In this document: piece after piece, positions 18,442-29,658 of the stretch
How the letters are laid out: every line of letters begins with the position of its first letter
How positions within the stretch are numbered: the first letter of the stretch is position 1
From: a candidate division WOR-3 bacterium
GTDB lineage: Bacteria; Hydrothermota; Tepidihabitantia; SM23-42; JAOAFX01
Assembly (NCBI GenBank): GCA_037443805.1
Contig: JBBINQ010000010.1
Coordinates: 172-64,171 of the forward strand
Length of the DNA: 64,000 bases
Direction: 5' to 3'
The notes under the pieces: generated by a model
Told to the model about the DNA's origin: nothing
What the model saw: only the letters and a program-made list of their open reading frames with translations
Database searches by the model: none
Program-made: the position numbers and the translations under genes

Positions 18442-19509
18442 ATGAAAGGACTAATTCTCGCCGGTGGTTTTGGCACAAGATTGAGACCTTTAACATATAC
18501 AAGTGCGAAGCAATTGATTCCAATTGCCAATAAACCTATAATCTTCTATGGCATTGAATCACTGGTCAACTGTGGTATCAAAGAGATCGGTATTGTGGTT
18601 GGAGACACTGCTGAGGAAGTAAAAAAAACTGTAGGCTACGGTGAAAAATGGAATATCAAAATTGAATATCTCTATCAATCTGCACCATTGGGCCTTGCCC
18701 ATGCAATAAAAATTTCAGTTGATTTTCTAAAAGATGAGCCATTTATTATGTATCTTGGTGATAATATATTAAAGGAAGGAGTGAATGATTTTGTAAAAAA
18801 ATTCGTAGATATTAACCCTGATGCATTGATCTTATTAACCGAGGTCAACAATCCACAAGAATTCGGAGTTGCAGTTGTAGATGAGAAAGGAACAGTTAAA
18901 AAATTAATTGAAAAACCAAAAGAACCACCTTCAAATTTAGCCCTGGTTGGTATTTATTTATTTAATAAAAATATATTCACTGCAATTGAGCATATCAAAC
19001 CATCCTGGCGCAATGAATTGGAAATTACAGATGCAATTCAATGGCTTCTGGATAACGGATTTAATGTAATTTCAGACCGTGTTAAAGGATGGTGGAAAGA
19101 TACTGGTAAACCAGAAGATATCATTGAAGCCAATTTATTAATCCTTGAAGGGATTGAATCTTCCCATCAAGGTGTCTTAATTGACACAACAGTAAATGGT
19201 AGAACCAGGATTGGGCAGGGGACAAAAATTGAAAAAAGTGTGATACGGGGACCAGTAGTAATTGGTAATAATGTGCAAATTAAAAATGGTTTTATTGGAC
19301 CATTTACATCCATCGGCGACAATGTCATTATAAACAATTCAGAGATAGAATGTAGTGTGATAATGGAAGGCGCCCAGATAAAAAATCTCAATAAGCGTAT
19401 TGACCGTTCAATCATTGGCAAAAATGTAGTAATCAACCAAACCAATATCTCACCCCGCACACATCGTTTTTATATTGGTGACCAGAGTTTTGTGGAGTTA
19501 GTTGAATGA
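18442..19509 (+). CDS. rfbA: Glucose-1-phosphate thymidylyltransferase-like sugar nucleotidyltransferase, long form with a C-terminal left-handed beta-helix domain
   Basis: MKGLILAGGFGTRLRPLT...KQLIPIANKPII is followed by hexapeptide-repeat-like sequence in the C-terminal part. 355 aa. Confidence 0.7.
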   Translation: MKGLILAGGFGTRLRPLTYTSAKQLIPIANKPIIFYGIESLVNCGIKEIGIVVGDTAEEVKKTVGYGEKWNIKIEYLYQSAPLGLAHAIKISVDFLKDEPFIMYLGDNILKEGVNDFVKKFVDINPDALILLTEVNNPQEFGVAVVDEKGTVKKLIEKPKEPPSNLALVGIYLFNKNIFTAIEHIKPSWRNELEITDAIQWLLDNGFNVISDRVKGWWKDTGKPEDIIEANLLILEGIESSHQGVLIDTTVNGRTRIGQGTKIEKSVIRGPVVIGNNVQIKNGFIGPFTSIGDNVIINNSEIECSVIMEGAQIKNLNKRIDRSIIGKNVVINQTNISPRTHRFYIGDQSFVELVE

Positions 19510-19994
19510 AAGAAATTACTGGATTCAAAGGCAAGAAATTAATTGATGGTGTTCAGATTAAAACATTAAGGTTATTACCTGATGAACGCGGCAGATTAAT
19601 GGAAATCTTAAGAAATGACGACGAAATTTTTGAAAAATTTGGTCAGGCCTATATCACCTCTGCCTATCCTGGCGTAGTAAAAGCCTGGCATTATCACAAA
19701 TTGCAGAATGACAATATGACCGTAGTTCAGGGGATGGCAAAGATTGTTCTCTATGATGACCGAGCAGGCAGTGAAACAAAAGGTATAATAAATGAATTCT
19801 TCGTGGGTGAACATAATCATATTTTAATTCATATTCCAAAATTGGTCTGGCACGGTTTCAAATGTATTAGTGAAAAAGAATGTATCATATTAAATATTGT
19901 TACCGAGTGTTACAATTATAAAAATCCTGATGAATACCGTAAAGACCCACACAATTCAGATATCCCTTATGATTGGACAAGAAAAGATGGTTAG
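19506..19994 (+). CDS. rfbC: dTDP-4-dehydrorhamnose 3,5-epimerase-like cupin
   Basis: 162 aa of RmlC-like cupin (AWHYH...). It overlaps rfbA at ATGA. Confidence 0.65.
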   Translation: MKEITGFKGKKLIDGVQIKTLRLLPDERGRLMEILRNDDEIFEKFGQAYITSAYPGVVKAWHYHKLQNDNMTVVQGMAKIVLYDDRAGSETKGIINEFFVGEHNHILIHIPKLVWHGFKCISEKECIILNIVTECYNYKNPDEYRKDPHNSDIPYDWTRKDG

Positions 19995-20036
19995 TCTTTC
20001 ACAGACAAAATCCAAAATAAAAAATACAAAACAAAT

Positions 20037-21059
20037 ATGAAAGTCTTAATCACTGGCGGCTGTGGTTTTATTGGTTCAAACTTTATTCGTTATTTTAACA
20101 GCAAACACGCTTATTATAAAATCTTAAATGTTGATAAACTTACATATGCCGGAAATTTAGAAAATTTAAGGGGATTGGAAAGAAAGGGTAATTATCATTT
20201 TGTCCGTGCCGATATAAGCTGTGCTTCAATTATGCGCCGCATATTTGAAAAATTTCGGCCCGAAATGGTAATTAATTTTGCTGCCGAGACGCATGTTGAC
20301 CGGAGTATAATGAGTCCTGCCCCATTTATCAAAACCAATGTTATTGGTGTAGGTGTTTTATTGAACCTTGCTTTGAAATATAACATCAAAAAATTCCTGC
20401 AAATTTCTACTGATGAAGTATATGGTTCAATTTTACACGGTGGTTTCCGTGAAGACAGTCCGCTTGACCCCTCAAGTCCTTATGCTGCAAGCAAAGCAGC
20501 AGCAGATGCGCTGGTCATTTCATATTATAAAACCCATGGTTTACCTGTATTGATTACCCGCTCTTCAAACAATTATGGACCTTATCAGTTTCCAGAAAAA
20601 TTGATTCCTCTTGTTATTCTTAATGCCCTCAATAATAAAAAGGTTCCAGTCTATGGTGATGGGATGAATGTCAGGGATTGGCTCTATGTAGAAGATAATT
20701 GTGAAGCCATTGATTTAGTGCTTCATGAAGGCAAGCTCGGTGAAATATATAATATTGGAGGCGAGAATGAGTTGACCAACCTTTTTGTGGTTAAGTTTAT
20801 CCTGAAAAAATTAAACCGACCCGAGAAACTAATTACCTTTGTCAAAGACCGACCCGGACATGACCGAAGATATTCTTTATCTTTGAATAAAATCAGAAGA
20901 CAGATTGGCTGGCATCCCAAAACCTCTTTTGAAACCGGCTTAAGAAAAACTATTGAGTGGTACCGGAAGAATCAAAAATGGCTGAAAAATACCCAGAGCG
21001 GTGAGTATCGTGAATTTTACAAAAAGCATTACTCCCGACTGGGATTGAAAGAATTTTAA
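20037..21059 (+). CDS. rfbB: dTDP-glucose 4,6-dehydratase
   Basis: Rossmann motif MKVLITGGCGFIGSNF and catalytic motif YAASKAAAD. 340 aa. Confidence 0.85.
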   Translation: MKVLITGGCGFIGSNFIRYFNSKHAYYKILNVDKLTYAGNLENLRGLERKGNYHFVRADISCASIMRRIFEKFRPEMVINFAAETHVDRSIMSPAPFIKTNVIGVGVLLNLALKYNIKKFLQISTDEVYGSILHGGFREDSPLDPSSPYAASKAAADALVISYYKTHGLPVLITRSSNNYGPYQFPEKLIPLVILNALNNKKVPVYGDGMNVRDWLYVEDNCEAIDLVLHEGKLGEIYNIGGENELTNLFVVKFILKKLNRPEKLITFVKDRPGHDRRYSLSLNKIRRQIGWHPKTSFETGLRKTIEWYRKNQKWLKNTQSGEYREFYKKHYSRLGLKEF

Positions 21060-21742
21060 TGAAGGGTTTTGTTGTAGCCATTGATGGCAAGGCAGGTTCA
21101 GGAAAGAGCACAACTGCTCGTGGTGTTGCAAAAAAATTAAATTTTTTTTATCTGGATACAGGCGCAATGTATCGCGCCTTCACCCTGAAGTATATGTTGA
21201 ATACACGCAATTATAAAAATATTGATATAAAACTGGTCAATAAATTATTGAAGAATACAAAGATTGAGTTAATAAAGGATGACGATGACCTTAAGATAAT
21301 GCTTGACGGAAAGGATGTATCACGGGAAATCAGAAGCCCATTGATAAATAATCTCGTTTCACAGATCTCAGCAATTAAAAGAGTTCGCGAATGGATGGTA
21401 AAAAGACAACGGGGAATTGCCCGTGGTAAAAATATTGTCTGCGAGGGCAGGGATATGACAACTGTAGTTTTTCCAAAAGCACAGGTCAAAATCTTTATGG
21501 ACGCAGATTTAAAGACCAGGGCGAAGCGGAGAAGAAAAGAATTAAATGAAAAAAATATTAGGGTCAATATGACAGAAATTATAAATAATTTAAAATTTCG
21601 TGATACATTTGATTCAACAAGAAAACATTCGCCATTAAAAAGAACTAATGATGCTATTTTTATTGACACTACAAATTTAACAATTGAAGAGGAAATCGCA
21701 CTGGTAGAAAAAATTGTGCGCAATAGATTAAATAAATTCTAA
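21059..21742 (+). CDS. cmk: Cytidylate kinase
   Basis: VAIDGKAGSGKSTTARGVAKKL...LDTGAMYRA. 227 aa. Confidence 0.85.
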   Translation: MKGFVVAIDGKAGSGKSTTARGVAKKLNFFYLDTGAMYRAFTLKYMLNTRNYKNIDIKLVNKLLKNTKIELIKDDDDLKIMLDGKDVSREIRSPLINNLVSQISAIKRVREWMVKRQRGIARGKNIVCEGRDMTTVVFPKAQVKIFMDADLKTRAKRRRKELNEKNIRVNMTEIINNLKFRDTFDSTRKHSPLKRTNDAIFIDTTNLTIEEEIALVEKIVRNRLNKF

Positions 21743-21755
21743 AGCAATAAAATTT

Positions 21756-22667
21756 TTAAAAAGACGAAATTATTTGCTGGATATTTTCTACTATAACTTT
21801 CTCGTCTGTTTTAAACCATTTTATTCCAGGGATTCTTTTGAACCAGGTTATCTGTCTTTTGGCAAAATTTCTGGTATGCTGTTTTGCCTTGTTGATTGCC
21901 TCGGGCAATGTCAATTTACCCTGTATAAATGCAACAATCTCTTTATAACCAATGGTTCTTAAACCATTACAATCTGGTGTATAACCCATTTTTAAAATTG
22001 ATACAACTTCATCAACAAGACCGCTTTTTACCATACCATCAAAACGCTCATTAATTTTTTTATATAGTTCAGCACGTTCTAAATATAAACCGATATAGTA
22101 AGGCTGGTATTTTGGTTCGGGTTTTCTGGTTTTCATCATTGTGGTTAAAGGCTTACCGGTAATTTCATAGACTTCAAGCCCTCTTAAAATACGCTGTTTA
22201 TCCCTTGGTTTTATAACCTTTGCCCATTCCGGGTCTACATCCCATAATTTCTGATAAAGATATTCAACCCCTTTTTGTTTTAGCATCTCTTCCAGTCTTT
22301 CTTTTATTCGTTTATCAGATTCGGGCAAATAATGCAGGGGATTGAATAATGCCCTGATATAAAGACCTGTTCCTCCACAAATAATGGGCAATCTGCCTCG
22401 TGCTATTATTTCTTCAATCAGATTTTCTGCATCACGGGCAAATTGACCACAGGAATAGTGCTGGTCAGGTTCTAAAAAATCTATTAAATGGAATACTGCT
22501 TTTTTACGCTCTTCAGCATCAGGCTTGGCAGTGCCGATATTGAGATATTTATATATCTGTCTTGAATCAGCAGAGATAATCTCTCCATTGTATTTTCTGA
22601 CGATTTCAATGGCAAGATGTGTCTTACCCACTGCAGTTGGACCAACAATCGTGATAATCCTGTTCAT
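21756..22667 (-). CDS. miaA: tRNA dimethylallyltransferase
   Basis: IVGPTAVGKTHLAIE...ISADSRQIYK...IGTAKP. 303 aa. Confidence 0.9.
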   Translation of the reverse strand: MNRIITIVGPTAVGKTHLAIEIVRKYNGEIISADSRQIYKYLNIGTAKPDAEERKKAVFHLIDFLEPDQHYSCGQFARDAENLIEEIIARGRLPIICGGTGLYIRALFNPLHYLPESDKRIKERLEEMLKQKGVEYLYQKLWDVDPEWAKVIKPRDKQRILRGLEVYEITGKPLTTMMKTRKPEPKYQPYYIGLYLERAELYKKINERFDGMVKSGLVDEVVSILKMGYTPDCNGLRTIGYKEIVAFIQGKLTLPEAINKAKQHTRNFAKRQITWFKRIPGIKWFKTDEKVIVENIQQIISSF

Positions 22668-22746
22668 TAAAATAGATTATAGACAAATCTCTTAGCAAAG
22701 CAAGCACCATTTTTACTGAGTCCTGAATATTTTCTAAAGAATTCCC

Positions 22747-22774
22747 TTGATTATTGAAAGAAATAGGCTATAAT
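22747..22774 (+). promoter_or_regulatory. Sigma70-like promoter: TTGATT, 16 bp, TATAAT. It sits 8 nt before the CDF transporter ATG, giving a near-leaderless transcript.
   Basis: The sequence ccTTGATTattgaaagaaataggcTATAATtctatggaATG is read directly. Confidence 0.4.
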
Positions 22775-22782
22775 TCTATGGA

Positions 22783-23685
22783 ATGAAAGAAAGACATACA
22801 CATCACAGAATAGTTAACACACGCAATATCTTCCTTGTAATATTTCTCAATTTATTTATTACCATTGCTGAAGCAATAGGAGGATTGTTCGCCGGTAGTC
22901 TGGCACTACTCTCTGATGCACTGCACAATTTTAGTGACAGTATTGCAATATTAATAAGTTACATTGCCCTGCGTCTGGGACAGCGCAAAAGCACTGTGCA
23001 AATGACATTCGGTTTTAAAAGGGCAGAGATACTTGCAGCATTCTTTAATGCTTCGGTTCTGATTATTATCATATTCTTTCTTTTTAAAGAAGCAATCAAT
23101 AGATTTTTTAACCCGCACAAGATAGATAGCTTATTAATGATGACCGTCGCTGTAATTGGATTGATCGCCAATCTCATCAGTGTGCTATTATTAAAAAAGG
23201 ACGCCCATCATAATCTTAATATCAAGTCTGCGTATCTACATCTGATTGCGGATTCCCTCTCTTCAGTGGCAGTGGTGGTTGCCAGTCTTTTTATCAAATT
23301 ATTCAATTTTTATCTGCTTGACCCGATACTTACCATAATTATCGGAATATATATATTACGCGAAAGTTATCTCATTGTCCGAGATACAATAAATATCCTT
23401 ATGCAGTCAACCCCTCCTGGCATTGACCTTCTGAAAATTAAATGTGCCATTGAAGAAATTCCTGAAGTCCATAATCTCCATCATGTCCATATCTGGCAGA
23501 TGACAGATAAAGAGATACACTTTGAAGGACATATTGATGTATGTGAAGACTTCCGAACAAGCGAGGTCGCCAGTATCATTGAAAAAATAGACAATCTGCT
23601 TGCGGAAAAATTTGGAATCAGCCATACCACAATCCAGGTTGAGTTTGGAACCTGCACTGATAAAGAAGTAATAAAAAATTGTTAA
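22783..23685 (+). CDS. Cation diffusion facilitator family metal efflux transporter (CzcD/ZitB-like)
   Basis: Six TM segments, HxxxD-type motifs (SDALHNFSD, HLIADS), and a C-terminal cytoplasmic domain. Confidence 0.8.
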   Translation: MKERHTHHRIVNTRNIFLVIFLNLFITIAEAIGGLFAGSLALLSDALHNFSDSIAILISYIALRLGQRKSTVQMTFGFKRAEILAAFFNASVLIIIIFFLFKEAINRFFNPHKIDSLLMMTVAVIGLIANLISVLLLKKDAHHNLNIKSAYLHLIADSLSSVAVVVASLFIKLFNFYLLDPILTIIIGIYILRESYLIVRDTINILMQSTPPGIDLLKIKCAIEEIPEVHNLHHVHIWQMTDKEIHFEGHIDVCEDFRTSEVASIIEKIDNLLAEKFGISHTTIQVEFGTCTDKEVIKNC

Positions 23686-23688
23686 ACT

Positions 23689-26600
23689 TTATTCTATTAT
23701 CTTTAATTTCTGTCCGCGGTTATTTTCAAGATAGAGCAAAACTGCCTGAATTTTAAAATCAGAATATATTACTTTAAGACCCTGTTTATACATCTCAATC
23801 TGATGTTTATAATCTTTTTTTTCTACGCCGGTCTTATAGTCAATTACAAAAACTTTTTGAGGCTCAAATATCAAACGGTCAATATGCACTGAGACATCCT
23901 TTTTTTCATCTTCAAAATAAAGGGCAAGTTCATTTTTGAATTTCACATCTCTACCCTCTCGGTAGAATATGAACCGTAGGTCAGGGTCAGTAAAAGTCTC
24001 ATACAAAAGTGGTTTCAATTTTTTTTCAATATCCTCAAAATCTTTTTTGGTTCGCGTAAGGTTGTCTTTTGTAAATTTCAATAGTTCTTCAACAACTTCA
24101 TCAATTTCCAAACCATCAAGCCATTCTATTTTACTCAATACCTTGTGCACGGTTTCACCAAATTTCATACCGCGACGCCGTGCAAATTCAATAATCTCAA
24201 GACCACGCTCGGTCGGCGAGTAGATTTCTCTCTCCTCAGTAACTTTTTGAACTTCTTTAAATTCCTTTTTATATTCTTTTACAGGTGTTTCTTTTACTAT
24301 TGGCTCTACGGTCTTTACTGGAATCTTGTCAAAAGGCAATGGTTCACCATTAAATTTTTCTTTAATATATTCAATCCAGAAACCAGGATTCTTTCCTCTG
24401 GTCTTGAAACCTAACATATAGACACCAGATTTAGCACGGGTAAGCGCAACATACAGTAGATTCAAATTGTCAATCTGCTCAAGTTCTTTTTCTCTTTTAA
24501 GTAGACCCGGAAGATATTTTCCATAGGCACGCCAGTATAGCTTATCAGGCCTTGCATTTGATTCGTATGAAAATATGATTTTTTCCTTATTACTGCCACA
24601 CTCAAAATTTGTTTCAGGTAAGATTACTATTTCAAATTCTAAACCTTTTGCCTTATGAATGGTCATTATGCGTACACCTTCAAATTGTGCCTCTTTGATT
24701 TCAATTGCTGGACCATTATACTCAAGCCATTTGATAAAATCAGACAGAGAACCATAACCCTCACCCGTATATGTAATCGTTGCATCAAGCAGTGTTGCAA
24801 TGGGATATGACATTCTTGATAGCAGAGACTTATATATATTAAAAATTAACTGGTATGGGTTCATAAAATGCACAAATGAAAGCAATTCCTGAAGTTTTTT
24901 AGTGATCCCCAGATGAGCATAATCGTCCAAAAGAACCATATATAAACTTTTATTCGTTCTGTTTTTAATATCTGCCATTTCGTAAATCAAATCCTCATCA
25001 AGTTTTGCAATTTTTGATTCAAGAATATGGAGAAGACTAAAATCATCTTCAGGGTCATCTAAAAATTTTAATAAATGTATAACCAATTGCACATCCGGCT
25101 CATCCATAATACTTGTCCGCGACCTGCTTATACAGGGAATTCCGTTCCTGGATAATATTCCAGCCAGATTTGCGGCAAAGATATTTTTTCTTGTTAATAT
25201 TGCAATATCGCTCTCCCTGTATCCAGCATTTTTTAAATCTTTTATTATCTCAACGACGCGCTCCATAGTTTTTTCAATACCTTCGTCTTTCTTATCAAAG
25301 TCACCCACTTCTTCAATACGCACCCACCCACCAACATTTTGTGGTTCTGTTTTATCATCTTTATCAAGAACCTTATTTACAAAATCTATTATTTCTTTTT
25401 TGGTCCGATAATTTATATCCAGTCGTTCACTAACAATCTTCTCGCCATATTTTTTCTTTAATTCATCAAACAACTCGGGTGCACCCTGGCGCCATCTAAA
25501 GATTGCCTGGTTAGGGTCACCAACATAAAACAGACTCTTCTCCTCTGGTTCACCTGCGGTTATCTCATCCAAAATCGGCTCAAGAATATCAATTTGCTTA
25601 TAACTTGTATCCTGAAATTCATCAATCATTAAGTGATTTATATTAGCACCCAACTTATAGTACAGATAATCCACTTCAGAAGTTTTTTCAAAAACAGAAA
25701 GAACATAATCTTCAATATCACTAAAAGATATTACATTCTTTTTCTTCTTTTCTGTCCGGAATATTTCCTGAACTTCAATAAGCGGTAGAAAATAAAGAAT
25801 GAGTTTATTATTTGAACACGCTTCAAGATAGGAGACGATATTTTCTTTGATTTCCTTAATAATATTCCTATATTCCTGCGGGTCAGGGATGTTTTCAATA
25901 AATTTAGTAAAATAACCCTTGCCCATTGCAGACTCCTCTGTGAAGTAGTGAAGAAAGGTAAATAATGAATCATCATCCTTATTTGAAATAAATGTATCTA
26001 TTTTATCTAAAAAACCCTGCCAGTTCGCATTAATTTTGCCTGCATTTGTATATGTTGCAGAAATGTTTTCATCAACAAAATCTCTAAATTTTTTAAATGC
26101 AGATATCAAGTCTTTCTGGCATTCTTTAAGCCCTTCTCTAAGTTTTTCTCTTTTTTTATTTAACTGTTGTAGCATAGAAAACCAGGGGCTCAGCTTTAAG
26201 TATAATTCTTTTATCAATTCTTTTGCGTCAGTCTGCTCTGAATGGATAAGCTTTAAAAGTGCATCTTTAGACTCACTATTTTTATGTGCATATTCAAAAT
26301 ATCGGTCAATGGACTGTTCAAAAATTAATGCCTCTTCAGGTTCATCAATAATTTTATAACCAGGCAGAATACCTGCTTGGAATGGAATGACCGAAAGAAA
26401 TGATGCGAACATACTATGGAATGTTGAAACATTCAAAGCAGAAAGATTATTTAACAGATAATCCCTTTTGCGTGAGGTGATTTCTTTTATTTCCTTTTCA
26501 GAGTAGATTTTAGTAAAGTATTCAAAAACATCTTTTTCTTGTTTTGTCAGAACTCTGCCCATGGCTAAAACTTCAAGATATCGCATAATCCTTGATTTCA

Positions 26601-26772
26601 TTTCATATGCAGCAGCATTGGTAAAGGTAATGGCATAGAGCGACTCTAAAGGAAAATTTTTTTTATGTAAATAAAGTAATAAAAATCTTTTGGTGAGGGC
26701 ATGGGTCTTTCCTGAACCAGCAGCAGAAATGAGGGCAATATTCTTAATCTCCTTCATATTCTCTCCTTCCAC
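23689..26772 (-). CDS. addA: AddA-like ATP-dependent helicase/nuclease. It has a UvrD/PcrA-type helicase and a C-terminal PD-(D/E)xK nuclease.
   Basis: Walker A ALISAAGSGKTHAL, helicase motifs, and C-terminal VIDYKTG. It lies downstream of the addB-like gene. Confidence 0.7.
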   Translation of the reverse strand: MEGENMKEIKNIALISAAGSGKTHALTKRFLLLYLHKKNFPLESLYAITFTNAAAYEMKSRIMRYLEVLAMGRVLTKQEKDVFEYFTKIYSEKEIKEITSRKRDYLLNNLSALNVSTFHSMFASFLSVIPFQAGILPGYKIIDEPEEALIFEQSIDRYFEYAHKNSESKDALLKLIHSEQTDAKELIKELYLKLSPWFSMLQQLNKKREKLREGLKECQKDLISAFKKFRDFVDENISATYTNAGKINANWQGFLDKIDTFISNKDDDSLFTFLHYFTEESAMGKGYFTKFIENIPDPQEYRNIIKEIKENIVSYLEACSNNKLILYFLPLIEVQEIFRTEKKKKNVISFSDIEDYVLSVFEKTSEVDYLYYKLGANINHLMIDEFQDTSYKQIDILEPILDEITAGEPEEKSLFYVGDPNQAIFRWRQGAPELFDELKKKYGEKIVSERLDINYRTKKEIIDFVNKVLDKDDKTEPQNVGGWVRIEEVGDFDKKDEGIEKTMERVVEIIKDLKNAGYRESDIAILTRKNIFAANLAGILSRNGIPCISRSRTSIMDEPDVQLVIHLLKFLDDPEDDFSLLHILESKIAKLDEDLIYEMADIKNRTNKSLYMVLLDDYAHLGITKKLQELLSFVHFMNPYQLIFNIYKSLLSRMSYPIATLLDATITYTGEGYGSLSDFIKWLEYNGPAIEIKEAQFEGVRIMTIHKAKGLEFEIVILPETNFECGSNKEKIIFSYESNARPDKLYWRAYGKYLPGLLKREKELEQIDNLNLLYVALTRAKSGVYMLGFKTRGKNPGFWIEYIKEKFNGEPLPFDKIPVKTVEPIVKETPVKEYKKEFKEVQKVTEEREIYSPTERGLEIIEFARRRGMKFGETVHKVLSKIEWLDGLEIDEVVEELLKFTKDNLTRTKKDFEDIEKKLKPLLYETFTDPDLRFIFYREGRDVKFKNELALYFEDEKKDVSVHIDRLIFEPQKVFVIDYKTGVEKKDYKHQIEMYKQGLKVIYSDFKIQAVLLYLENNRGQKLKIIE

Positions 26773-29527
26773 ATATTACACAATAAGGACAATACTCGCA
26801 GTTGTCCTTATCCGCAGTTTGATATAATGGAATGTCCTTATCTAACATTTCGTCAATTGTCGGAATAAGTATTTTTTCTCTAAATCTATTTAAATAATCA
26901 ATAACCTCCTCATCATTGCAAATATCAGAAGTCATTGGTTCACTGCCAATCTTATAGTAAATCAGCCCACCAATCTTTTTTTTACTATCTTTTAAAAACA
27001 TAAGTGCATAAAGTGGCAACTGAAATTCTAAAAATTCCTCACCAATGGTATAGGTCTTTTTATCCGGCACTCCACCAGTCTTATAATCAATGATGTAATA
27101 CTTACCATCCTTTATATCAATACGGTCAATATAGCCTTTCAGGCCTATTGATTTTCCGCCAATCTCAATACTATCCGTAACCTTCTCTTCAGCATATTCA
27201 GGAATAATCCTATACCCTTCAGCAAATCGCTCCAGTTCATATTCTATAAATTTTTCTATATGTATTCTGTATAACTCTAAATTAAAATAAGTAACAGGTT
27301 TAGGAGGAACAGCGATGTATTCACGGGAATTAATTGCCTTGTTTAACAGTTCTTCAAATTTTTCTATTGCCTTATTCTTTTGACTTCGGTCAAAAACGCC
27401 TTTTGGAAAATGTTTTTTATAGAACTCCTTGGCAACTTTATGAAATATTGAACCCCAGATTCTCGCATCAAATTCTTCAGAAATCATATCGGGTTCTTGT
27501 ATGTTCAGTAAATATTTCAAATAAAACTGATATGGGCAACCCTTGTAGGTACTGAGTAAACTTTGACTCAAACCCCACTGAGATATTTTTAGCAGCGCCT
27601 TCATTATTTTACTATTTTTCTTAACACTATGTTCTGGTATCTTTATTACACCACGTTCAAATATATCAGAGACACCATCTACTTTATATCCAGCTGATTT
27701 AAGCATCATAATAAAACGGGATGGAATATCACTTTTTTCTTCGGCTATGTATGAAAGGAAAACTTCTTTTTTACCACTGATTAATTGGGTAAAATAATAG
27801 TAGTAAAGATTTTCACGCTCCTGGCTTGTGATCAAACCCATCTCCTTACGCAATGCCGGATTGATAAAAATATCCTTTTCACTTCGCCTCGGGAAAATTC
27901 CCTCATTCATTGAAGGTATGATTATACAATCAAAATCAAGGTTTCTTGCTTCAAGGATACCAATTATCTGAATACCTTTTAAAGGTTCCCCTTCAATACG
28001 ATATCTTCCATCTTCCAGTACCCTGAGGATAAACTCAAACATATCTATGCCTGAATTAAAATGGTTATTTTCAATGCGCAATTGAGCAAGATGCTCTAAT
28101 TCATCAAAAAATTCTTTTATTCCCGGCAAGTTCTTTTTGATGATTTCGCTATTATATAAAAGAACTTCGTTGAGCATATGATGGAGATTCTCTATATATT
28201 CATTAAGGGGCAAATTCTGCTGAACCGTAGTAAAGCATTTTTCCAGAAAATTTAATAAAGGTGAAAAATCAGGCTCTTTACTGAAAAATTTTTTATCAAA
28301 ATAACTCAGATTTTCTTTAATTATTTCATTTCTCAGTCGGTAAACTAAAGGACGGAGCCGAACATTATCAATGACTGCATTTTTTACCAAGGGATGCTGG
28401 AGAAAAACAAAAAATTCTGTATGGTGAAAATTACTCTTAACTGTTTCATACAAATGGTTCAAAAAAGAGTAAAAGATTTGGTTGTTAAATGGAATACCAG
28501 CAGAGAGATTATATTCAAGCCCATAAGATTTTAACATCTCAGTAATTGGAAACAGAAGTGTCTGGTCAGTTAGCACAATACCAATGCGATGGGGGTCTTT
28601 ATATTTTTTTATTGCCTCAAGCACAACCTTAATCAGATAAAATGTCTGCTTGGTCATTGTCTCAAGGGAATTGATATGAATTACTGGACGCACCACAGGT
28701 TTATGGTTGAGGATTTCTACACGCTCAATATCAACATTGAGAAATTTTAATAGTTCATAATGTAAAAAATATTTTCTGAAGACATCATCACTAACAGATA
28801 ACTCCTTTATCGCGCCTGAATGGAGAACCAATTCTGCAGGTAGTTCTTCTAACATCTTTTTAATGATAAATTTTTCAAAAGAAGTCAATGCAGCAATACC
28901 GGCAACTACAATAGATTCAAAATCAGCAAATATCTTTGAATCGTAATCTTTATAGACTTTTTCAATTTTATCAATCTCATCTAAATAACCTGACTCTGCA
29001 ATATTTTTTCGGTACTGCTGGTAGACCTTTTTCAGTATCGGTAGTTCTTCTGTAATATAACGTTCGGGAAAATGGAGTTCAGCAGACCTCTTTTCTATCT
29101 CACTAATATCTAACTTTTCCTGGCTCAATTCATCAAAAAATCCAAGGAGTCTATTCCCGATAGAAATAAACCGTAAAAAAGGCAGGTTCTGCCAGAAACT
29201 TACTTTTAAATCATCAATCGTTTTTTTAAGAATAAAATTTCTTTCAATACCGTGTAAAATATTTGCCTGTTTACCACCAATCTTTTCGTAAATATACCTG
29301 ACCAGCTCATCCATCGTTAACATAATTGGCGGAATAATCCCTTTTACTTCTGCAGTTTCAAGCAAATATCTCCGAAAATAGAATTTATTCCGCTCACTCG
29401 GAAATATTACAAGTATCTTTGAAAAATCAGGGATATTAGCTTTAAATTTAGATACAAAATATTGAGCCAGAATTTTTAAAAATGGTAATTCAATAGGTAT
29501 AATTTTAATTTTTTCTTCGTTTATCAT
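26744..29527 (-). CDS. addB: AddB-like helicase-nuclease subunit. It has an inactive helicase-like N-terminus and a C-terminal PD-(D/E)xK nuclease with an Fe-S Cys cluster.
   Basis: The C-terminus has IIDYKTGG...CEYCPYCVICG, an AddB-type 4-Cys motif. It overlaps the addA start. Confidence 0.6.
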   Translation of the reverse strand: MINEEKIKIIPIELPFLKILAQYFVSKFKANIPDFSKILVIFPSERNKFYFRRYLLETAEVKGIIPPIMLTMDELVRYIYEKIGGKQANILHGIERNFILKKTIDDLKVSFWQNLPFLRFISIGNRLLGFFDELSQEKLDISEIEKRSAELHFPERYITEELPILKKVYQQYRKNIAESGYLDEIDKIEKVYKDYDSKIFADFESIVVAGIAALTSFEKFIIKKMLEELPAELVLHSGAIKELSVSDDVFRKYFLHYELLKFLNVDIERVEILNHKPVVRPVIHINSLETMTKQTFYLIKVVLEAIKKYKDPHRIGIVLTDQTLLFPITEMLKSYGLEYNLSAGIPFNNQIFYSFLNHLYETVKSNFHHTEFFVFLQHPLVKNAVIDNVRLRPLVYRLRNEIIKENLSYFDKKFFSKEPDFSPLLNFLEKCFTTVQQNLPLNEYIENLHHMLNEVLLYNSEIIKKNLPGIKEFFDELEHLAQLRIENNHFNSGIDMFEFILRVLEDGRYRIEGEPLKGIQIIGILEARNLDFDCIIIPSMNEGIFPRRSEKDIFINPALRKEMGLITSQERENLYYYYFTQLISGKKEVFLSYIAEEKSDIPSRFIMMLKSAGYKVDGVSDIFERGVIKIPEHSVKKNSKIMKALLKISQWGLSQSLLSTYKGCPYQFYLKYLLNIQEPDMISEEFDARIWGSIFHKVAKEFYKKHFPKGVFDRSQKNKAIEKFEELLNKAINSREYIAVPPKPVTYFNLELYRIHIEKFIEYELERFAEGYRIIPEYAEEKVTDSIEIGGKSIGLKGYIDRIDIKDGKYYIIDYKTGGVPDKKTYTIGEEFLEFQLPLYALMFLKDSKKKIGGLIYYKIGSEPMTSDICNDEEVIDYLNRFREKILIPTIDEMLDKDIPLYQTADKDNCEYCPYCVICGRREYEGD

Positions 29528-29620
29528 AGATAAATCCTTTTTTGTTTTTTATATTCCCCCTTTTAATTTTGCACAAGTATATTATAATCAAATTTTGTCC
29601 AAAATCAATTACTATTTATC

Positions 29621-29646
29621 TTGACATCTTTGATATTTTGTATAAT
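29621..29646 (+). promoter_or_regulatory. Candidate promoter: TTGACA, 14 bp, TATAAT, upstream of comFC
   Basis: The sequence cTTGACAtctttgatattttgTATAATctaatacttgttATG is read directly. The spacer is short. Confidence 0.3.
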
Positions 29647-29658
29647 CTAATACTTGTT